Shown here one piece after another: positions 58,949-64,000 of a DNA stretch of 64,000 bases. The DNA lies in NCBI GenBank assembly GCA_030390025.1, contig CM059432.1, forward strand, positions 66,652,001-66,716,000, read 5' to 3'. Position 1 is the first letter of the stretch, and each line of letters opens with the position of its first letter. The DNA comes from Squalus acanthias. Lineage: Eukaryota. The notes under the pieces are model-generated. The model saw only the letters and a program-made list of their open reading frames with translations, searched no databases and was not told the DNA's origin. A program made the translations under genes and the position numbers.

Positions 58949-59888
58949 AATTGCTGGGCAGTTGGTGGGTAATTAGCCCAACTCTGCCAGCAATTAGTAT
59001 TTCCCCATCGGTGCGGATCATTTGTCAAGGCGTACCTTGACAGATCGTAAGTTTGTGATTAAGCGCGTGCGGGGAGGGGCAGGGGGGAGGAAGAGCAAGA
59101 GGAGGAAGGGAGGAGAAAGAGGAAGGGAGCAGGCAACCCAGACAGGCTCTTTCTTGCTGGGCTCTTTGTGACCGACTCCTCTGCCTGCGCATCCAGTAAA
59201 CGCAACTCCAATTCCCCAGTCACCAATAGTCCCACAGTTTCGCAGAGGGAATACTGAAAGGGGAGGGGAACATGTGTTTGGTAGTGGCATCATGCTGGAG
59301 GTGGCGGAAATGGTGGAGCATGATTCGTTGAATGTGGAGGCTGGTGGGGTGGAAGGTGAGGACAAGGGAACCCTATCATGGCTCTGGGAGGGAGCAGAAG
59401 GGGTGAGAGCAGAAGTGCCGGAAATAGGACGAACCCGGTCGAGGGCCCTGTCAACCAGGGCCTCAGACGCTCCGTCCAGGTGAAACAGCGATTTACTTGT
59501 ACTTCTTTCAATTTAGTATACTGTATTTACTGCTCAAGATGCGGTCTCCTCTACATTGGGGAGACCAAATGCAGATTAGGTGACTGCTTTATGGAACACC
59601 TCCGTTCAGACCTCAAGCTTCCAGATGCTTGCCATTTTAATTCTCCATCCCACTCCCACTCTGACCTCGCTGTCCTCGGCCTCCTACACTGTTCCAATGA
59701 AGCTCAACGTAAGCTCAAGGCACAGCACCGCATCTTTCGATTGGGCACTTTACAGCCTTCCAGACTCAACATTGAGTTCAACAATTTCAGATCATAACCA
59801 CTGCCCCTATTTTTTCAGACAACAGCTCTTGGTCATGATTCTGCGATTCCTATTTACACCACTTCTAGACCCATCTTTTGTTTCTTTA

Positions 59889-60300
59889 CTTGGCTCAGTT
59901 GGTAGCACTCTCACCTCTAAGTCAAGTTCCACAAGAGAGAGTTGAACACTAAAATCTAGACTGGCACTCCAGTGCCGTACTGAGGGAATGCTGCACTGCC
60001 GGAGGTACCATCTTTCTCAGGTCAGCGTAAAAGATCCCATGGCCCTATTTTGAAGAAGAGCAGGGGAGATCTCCCCGGTGTGCTGGCCAATATTTATATT
60101 TATCCCTCAATCAGCATTACTAAACACAAATTATCTGGCCATGATCACATTGCTGTTTGTGTGGAGCATACTATGCGCATATTGACTGCTATGTTTCCTA
60201 CATTACAACATTGACTACACTTCAAAAATACTTAATTGACTGCAAAGCACTTTGTCCTGAGGTCGTGAAAGGCACTATATAAATGCAGATTCCTTCTTTC
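59889..60300 (+). mobile_element. Deu-domain tRNA-derived SINE (SacSINE1-like)
   Basis: TGGCTCAGTTGGTAGCA head, Deu core, L2-like tail GGCACTATATAAATGCA. Confidence 0.82.
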
Positions 60301-60448
60301 CTTCTTTCGCCTTGCACCATCAACCCTTTTGCCATTTAATCCCTCCTGCCTTCCACCTTCTCACAGACCTTCCCTTTTGTTCTTTCCTCCCCTCCCCTTC
60401 CCCTTCCTTTGTACTTGCTTGAAACCTGTTACAACTCGAATTTTTTCC

Positions 60449-60485
60449 AGTTCTGATGAAAGGTCGTTGACCTGAAATGTTAACT
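60449..60485 (+). ncRNA. Hammerhead motif in a PLE terminal repeat (stem-III CG decayed to TG)
   Basis: AGUU-CUGAUGA-A-AGGUC(GUU)GACCU-GAAA-UG-UU-AACU. Confidence 0.65.
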
Positions 60486-60487
60486 TT

Positions 60488-63460
60488 GGCCTAGAAATTC
60501 CCCGGTGTAGCGCCAGCCGTTAAGGCCAGTTTTGTTGAAAAAATGGCGGCCGCCTTGTTTCTGGCACAGGAGACGGCTGCTGCCATTTTGGTGAGGGCCA
60601 TAGCACTGTCGTTAACAATGCTGACCTCTCAAATGTAAATTAACAGATTGTGATATCAATCAGGCGTGCAACACCTGATTGATGCCACGACTACTAATTT
60701 GGATGTTCTCCCTCTCCATAATGCTGTGTCCAAAGCATGCGTGAAGCAGTTCTGCAAAGACGCTGTCAGCACTTCTTAAAGGGACACACATATCTTTCAG
60801 GAATGTTTGGATTTAAGTTTTTGGCCTTTTTTTATATTTTATTGAAGTAGTGGCTTGGTGCAATAGATTTTAAAAGTTTTTAAAGTGTGCAGGGAGTGCT
60901 GCTGGATGCTTGCAAGGCTTCGGATGGTAAAGATGAGAAGACAGAAATGTTGGAAATACTGAGCAGGTCAGGCAACATCCATGGAGAGAGAAACAGAGAT
61001 AAAAACGGGCCAGAAATTCGGCTTTCCGGCTTCCTGCGGGTGCAAGCATCGCGCGCGTACTTGCCTATCGCGCCAGCAGTTGTGCTTTGGGCCCATGAGG
61101 ACTTCGGGTCCTGGGCCTCCTCCAGCTGCCGGCGCGCAGTGCTTGCGTGTCCCAGGGGCACAGTTAGTTCGAAGCGTCCTCTGGGATCACGTGGGCCATG
61201 GAGAGCCAATCCTAACAGGGCATTTTCATTCATAGATTTGACAGGAAGACCTGTCAAATCTATGAATAGAGATCGGCCCCATAACCACACTTAAACTTCA
61301 AATACATTTTTTAAAAAACATCACATTTTTAAAATAACTAAGTTACATAAATTAACTACTTTAAACAAAAATTTAAATACTTGAAAAAATGAATTATACT
61401 TTTAAACGGTGCTAAAAATAAACTTACCTTTTTTTAAAGTATCTAAAAAAGATAAACCTGTTGAAAAAAAATTTAAATTGTAATTAATTAACCACTTACC
61501 TTGTTAAAAACAGGCCTTGCGACTCCTTTTTAAAAGTGCAGCTTCTCCACACTTACCCTCCTGGAGAAATCTGGAAAAAAAAATGAAGTTCGCTGCGTGC
61601 GCGCAGCCTCTCCCGCGCACGCGTTCGACTTCTGAACCCCTTCCTTCAGGGGAATGGAAGTTTCGGTTTCCCGCGCATGTGCAGTGCATGCAGGAAACCG
61701 GCACTTCAGGTGGCCTTACGGGTGAGTACACAGCGTGTACTCACCCGACAATAGCCGAATTTCTGACCCAACATCTCAGGTCAAGATACTCAGTATTTCC
61801 AGCATTTTCTGCTTTTATTTCATATTTCCAGCACCCTCTCGCAGAGAGAGGAAGAGGAAGATGAAGAGGCAGAAGAGGAAGAGGTAGAAGAGGAGGAAGC
61901 AGAAGAGGAGGAAGCAGAAGGAAGGATGCAACCCAGACAGTCCTTTTCTGGCCGGGTTATCCAGGATGGAATCATCCGCCTGCGGTGCCAGTGACCACAA
62001 CCCCAATTCCCATTTCAACATATGTCCTACCTTGCTTTACCTCTGTTACTGACCATCACAGCGTCCTCTTGGCCACAATGCTGAAATAAAAGCCACCACA
62101 AAGCAAACTTTCCAATCCAACTTTATACATATATGCATCTAATATGACATCAATAAATCAACGAATCATCATTGTGCATTCCTTTAGTGACTCTTGTGTG
62201 TGCCTTTGCATATCCTACTGATGTCACGTAGTGCTACCCCAGTGGCTGCAGCATGGCTGCTGACTTTCAGTGGGGGACATTTCAGATGGCCGTGCAGGAT
62301 GACCTCAAGGAGCTGGTGGCTGGGAGTGTCAAATTGAGTGACTGTGTTTCTTCTTCTTCACTCTCCTCTCTCTCTCCTTGGTCACCCATTGGCTGGGCAG
62401 ACTGCATTTCTTGGGTGTCTGAAATGAGGAAAGCATAAGGGTAGAGTTGTGGTGAGGGGAGAGTGGGAAAGCAAGAGCTGCATGCTTACACCATATGCAG
62501 CTTGTACATCAGAAGATATTGTGGGATGAGGGGGAAGTGGGATGTGAGAAGGAAGATGATGTATGAGGATACCTGCATCTTGTATTCTTTCAGCCCCGCT
62601 GCTGGCTAGGGACTCAGTCATGCCCCTGCTAAGAATGGCCAGCACCGTCTTCTCCAAGGGTGTGAGGTGAAGCTAGGAATGTGAGGTGTGCCTTGTGATT
62701 GGTACAGATTATTGGTAGGTGAGTGATGTTGGGAGGTTGTGCAATGAGCAGTGTGTGAGGCTAGTGGTGCAGTTGGTAGGAAATGGCTTTTGATGATTTA
62801 TTCACTGACCTTGACCACTGGTTTGAGGTCATGAAACTTATTTGGGCACTGAGCCAGGTTGTGGGGGCGACACTTCTGGCAGTGACGGCCTCAGCGATCT
62901 GGTCCCTCATCATTCTTTCTGGAGGGCCTCCTGGCCTCCTGTGGGTAGAGGAACTCTCTTGCAGTGTTGACCCCTGCACAAAGCTGGATTGCTGCGTGCA
63001 AGATCTTGGTGCCCTGGCTTGTTGAGCCTTTTGTGTTAACGCATTTGTTTTATGTGCGGAAGGCAGTTCAGCTTTAAGAGCTGAAGACTGCCATTTCAGA
63101 ATTAAAATTAATGTTTATTTTTTTCTCAGAAGGCAGTTGACCTCTAAGGGCTAAAGATTGCCTATTTTTAAATGATTTTATTTCTTTCATTTTAGAAGGC
63201 AGTTGCTGCTTTCTAAAATGACAGGGTAGCTTTAAGAGAATGCTGCCTCACTCCAGGGACGCTACGGCCACGTTATATTGGGCCTCCTGTTGAGACTACT
63301 GCCTGAAACAGTACATTTCATGGTAAGTTTTGCACTGTGCTAATTAAATCAGCGGGCAGCACCAAAATACCGGTGCTAGCTGCGCTCTTTTTGCGGGTGG
63401 CCGTTAACTTTGGCTCGCGGTGGCACTGGCCATTTCCCAGCCTAATCGAATTTCTCGGCC
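60488..63460 (-). mobile_element. Non-autonomous Harbinger derivative (same family as 3298-5211)
   Basis: TIR GGCCTAGAAATTC / GAATTTCTCGGCC with TSD TTT. Myb exon 62812-63030; transposase acidic tail 61845-61995. Confidence 0.85.
61007..61769 (-). mobile_element. Harbinger-type MITE, family M (copy 3)
   Basis: TIR GGGCCAGAAATTCGG / CCGAATTTCTGACCC with TSD AAC. Confidence 0.9.
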
Positions 63461-64000
63461 TTTGTTTCTCTCTTTCCACAGATGCTGCCTGACTTGCTAA
63501 ATTTTTCCAGCATTTTCAGTTTTTTATTGAACTTTAAACATTGTTTTAGCTCTAGAGTTTACTGGATCCAATAGAGTTTTATGCTTCAAAGTTGTTTTTC
63601 CATGCTGTATCTAGGAAAACATTTTGTACTGTACTAGTTAACCAGAAACAATTGCATCTGCACACCCATGATCATGTGAAAGCAGAGCGCAGAAAATACT
63701 GGATGAAGTATTTTTTACAACTTCTAATGAATCCTCTCAAAAGAATCTGGTTAGCATTAACATTTGTAAGTTGGTGAGTGGATATCTTGACAGAGCTTGA
63801 CAGAGTTGGCTGTGAAAAGTTTGTGTGCTCAAATAAAAGTGATCCGTGGAGACCAAAACATCAGTAAAAGATCTGAGAAAGAACTATGCCAAAGAAACAT
63901 TCTCAATAAGCGATTATGGGACAAGGGATAACAGAGTATGGTGGTGGTTATATAATTTCCTCTGTTTGGAAGAACAGACATAGTACTCGATTATAAGAAC

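Larger units (their letters stand above)
59250..63530 (+). mobile_element. PLE 3' part (inverted piece 59250-59455, GIY-YIG 59470-59797, terminal repeat 60305-60487 plus 63461-63530) with nested SINE and Harbinger
   Basis: ORF 59378..59797 reads FTCTSFNLVYCIYCSRCGLLYIGETK. The terminal repeat is continuous across the 60488-63460 insertion. Confidence 0.85.

Noticed and set aside
63550..63780. Possible host exon, ORF 63592..63777
   Set aside because: No clean frame between plausible splice sites and no recognisable domain.

Overview
Eukaryotic, gene-poor window made almost entirely of nested transposable elements. The repeat set (CR1 LINEs with SGNH-esterase ORF1, Deu-domain tRNA-SINEs of the SacSINE1/AmnSINE1 type, Penelope-like elements, PIF/Harbinger elements and MITEs) points to a cartilaginous fish; this is an inference. 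No host protein-coding exon could be supported. Contents: two full-length Gypsy LTR retrotransposons of CsRn1/Kabuki type in opposite orientations (5818-10171, 42191-46530); a degraded two-gene Harbinger (23152-38470) whose intron holds a stack of three nested CR1 LINEs and two MITEs; a ~1.3-kb solo LTR; Penelope-like RT/GIY-YIG remnants; and about ten Harbinger-type non-autonomous elements. The most interesting signals are: minimal type-I hammerhead ribozyme motifs in two Penelope terminal-repeat families, including two ~200-bp hairpin-shaped mini-elements; a shared AC-NNN-R target preference of the Harbinger elements, which repeatedly places them on or beside the ribozyme cleavage site; and a young CR1 family with a monomer-like TATA/Inr 5' UTR and a duplicated 3' stem-loop. 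All coordinates were read by eye. Ends not defined by a TSD or TIR are approximate.
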